Assembly (NCBI GenBank): GCA_947463125.1
Contig: CANHQZ010000006.1
Coordinates: 5,243 to 69,242, forward strand
Source of the DNA: Flavobacteriales bacterium
GTDB lineage: Bacteria > Bacteroidota > Bacteroidia > NS11-12g > UBA955
Direction: 5' to 3'
DNA: 64,000 nt
The position numbers and the translations under genes are program-made. Shown here piece after piece: positions 63,738-64,000 of this stretch. Numbering within the stretch: the stretch's first letter is position 1; each line of letters starts with the position of its first letter. Below the pieces are notes generated by a model. That model did no database searches and was not told where the DNA came from. It was given only the letters and a program-made list of their open reading frames with translations.

Positions 63738-64000
63738 ATGACAGGATTAATCATATGTCTTGGGCTCTACCTCGCTGCGCTCATATATGCCAGAACCTTG
63801 CTCAATAAAGGACTTAAAAGCCTGAGTGTGGAAGACAAAGGACGTTATCTTGAAATCAGCCTTTCTGTAAGGAAATGGTCCCTGATTTTTTTAATCGGTA
63901 TCATTGTATTGTTTCTGTTTGCCTCACGTGCCGGAAATATATCGTTCTTCGTTCTTTACGGATCTTATATCGCTGCATTGCTGTTGTTTAATAACGTGGT
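63738..64000 (+). CDS. Hypothetical membrane protein, 5' fragment (runs off window)
   Basis: ATG 63738 opens a frame with no stop to position 64000: MTGLIICLGLYLAALIYARTLLNKG...WSLIFLIGIIVLFLFASRAGNISFFVLYGSYIAALLLF. It is not in the ORF track because it has no stop. Confidence 0.35.
   Translation, partial: MTGLIICLGLYLAALIYARTLLNKGLKSLSVEDKGRYLEISLSVRKWSLIFLIGIIVLFLFASRAGNISFFVLYGSYIAALLLFNNV

Noticed and set aside
1-64000. Looked for CRISPR arrays, rRNA genes, IS elements, integrases, phage structural genes, toxin-antitoxin pairs and restriction-modification genes
   Set aside because: No regularly spaced direct repeats, no rRNA-like sequence, and no DDE, tyrosine or serine recombinase motifs were seen. 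No capsid, terminase or methyltransferase motifs appeared in any listed ORF either.

Overview
This is a 64-kb chromosomal segment from a Bacteroidota-type genome. The assignment rests on T9SS type-A and type-B C-terminal sorting domains, TAnnTTTG -7 promoter boxes sitting a few nt from start codons, no Shine-Dalgarno leaders, and a CarboxypepD_reg/TonB-type barrel. No rRNA, CRISPR array, IS element, integrase or transposase was seen.

Layout:
- 0-36.7 kb is mostly housekeeping: corA 3' end, waaA, ald, LMW-PTP, C1 peptidase, an M49-like peptidase, an S41 protease, accC, a 2-hydroxyacid dehydrogenase, greA, HIT, lgt, holB and mnmE. Two cell-surface modules interrupt it. One is a TonB-like barrel + 1300-aa T9SS-CTD protein + PorV-like barrel operon. 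The other is an ECF sigma + anti-sigma-like + 1783-aa PKD adhesin set, the last two carrying type-B sorting domains.
- 36.8-39.2 kb is a compositionally distinct (GC3-rich) secreted GH13 alpha-amylase interrupted by one in-frame TGA.
- 39.3-39.6 kb holds tRNA-Phe(GAA) plus a decayed second tRNA-Phe copy.
- 39.6-45.9 kb is the most interesting part. It is a seven-gene, translationally coupled minus-strand operon in which every product is membrane-anchored. It contains two transglutaminase-like Cys-His-Glu paralogs, two DUF4407-like paralogs, a DUF350-like protein and two orphans. I cannot assign it to any pathway.
- 45.9-52.5 kb is a visibly AT-rich block. It carries a thioesterase, a two-gene orphan module and a 1172-aa Zn-ribbon/NACHT-type/TPR STAND NTPase, which is a candidate conflict or defence sensor.
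- 52.6-55.4 kb is a DTE-motif proteorhodopsin followed, straight after its terminator, by a fused lycopene cyclase-Blh (retinal-forming) gene.
- 55.4-64 kb contains two DUF2846-like paralogs, a class-II amidotransferase/orphan/vWA trio bracketed by two copies of the same 17-nt palindromic motif, an HK/LuxR-type two-component operon with a possibly split sensor, and an AAA+ ATPase with an orphan N-terminal domain.

All functional calls come from motifs read by eye in the translations. None has been checked against a database.
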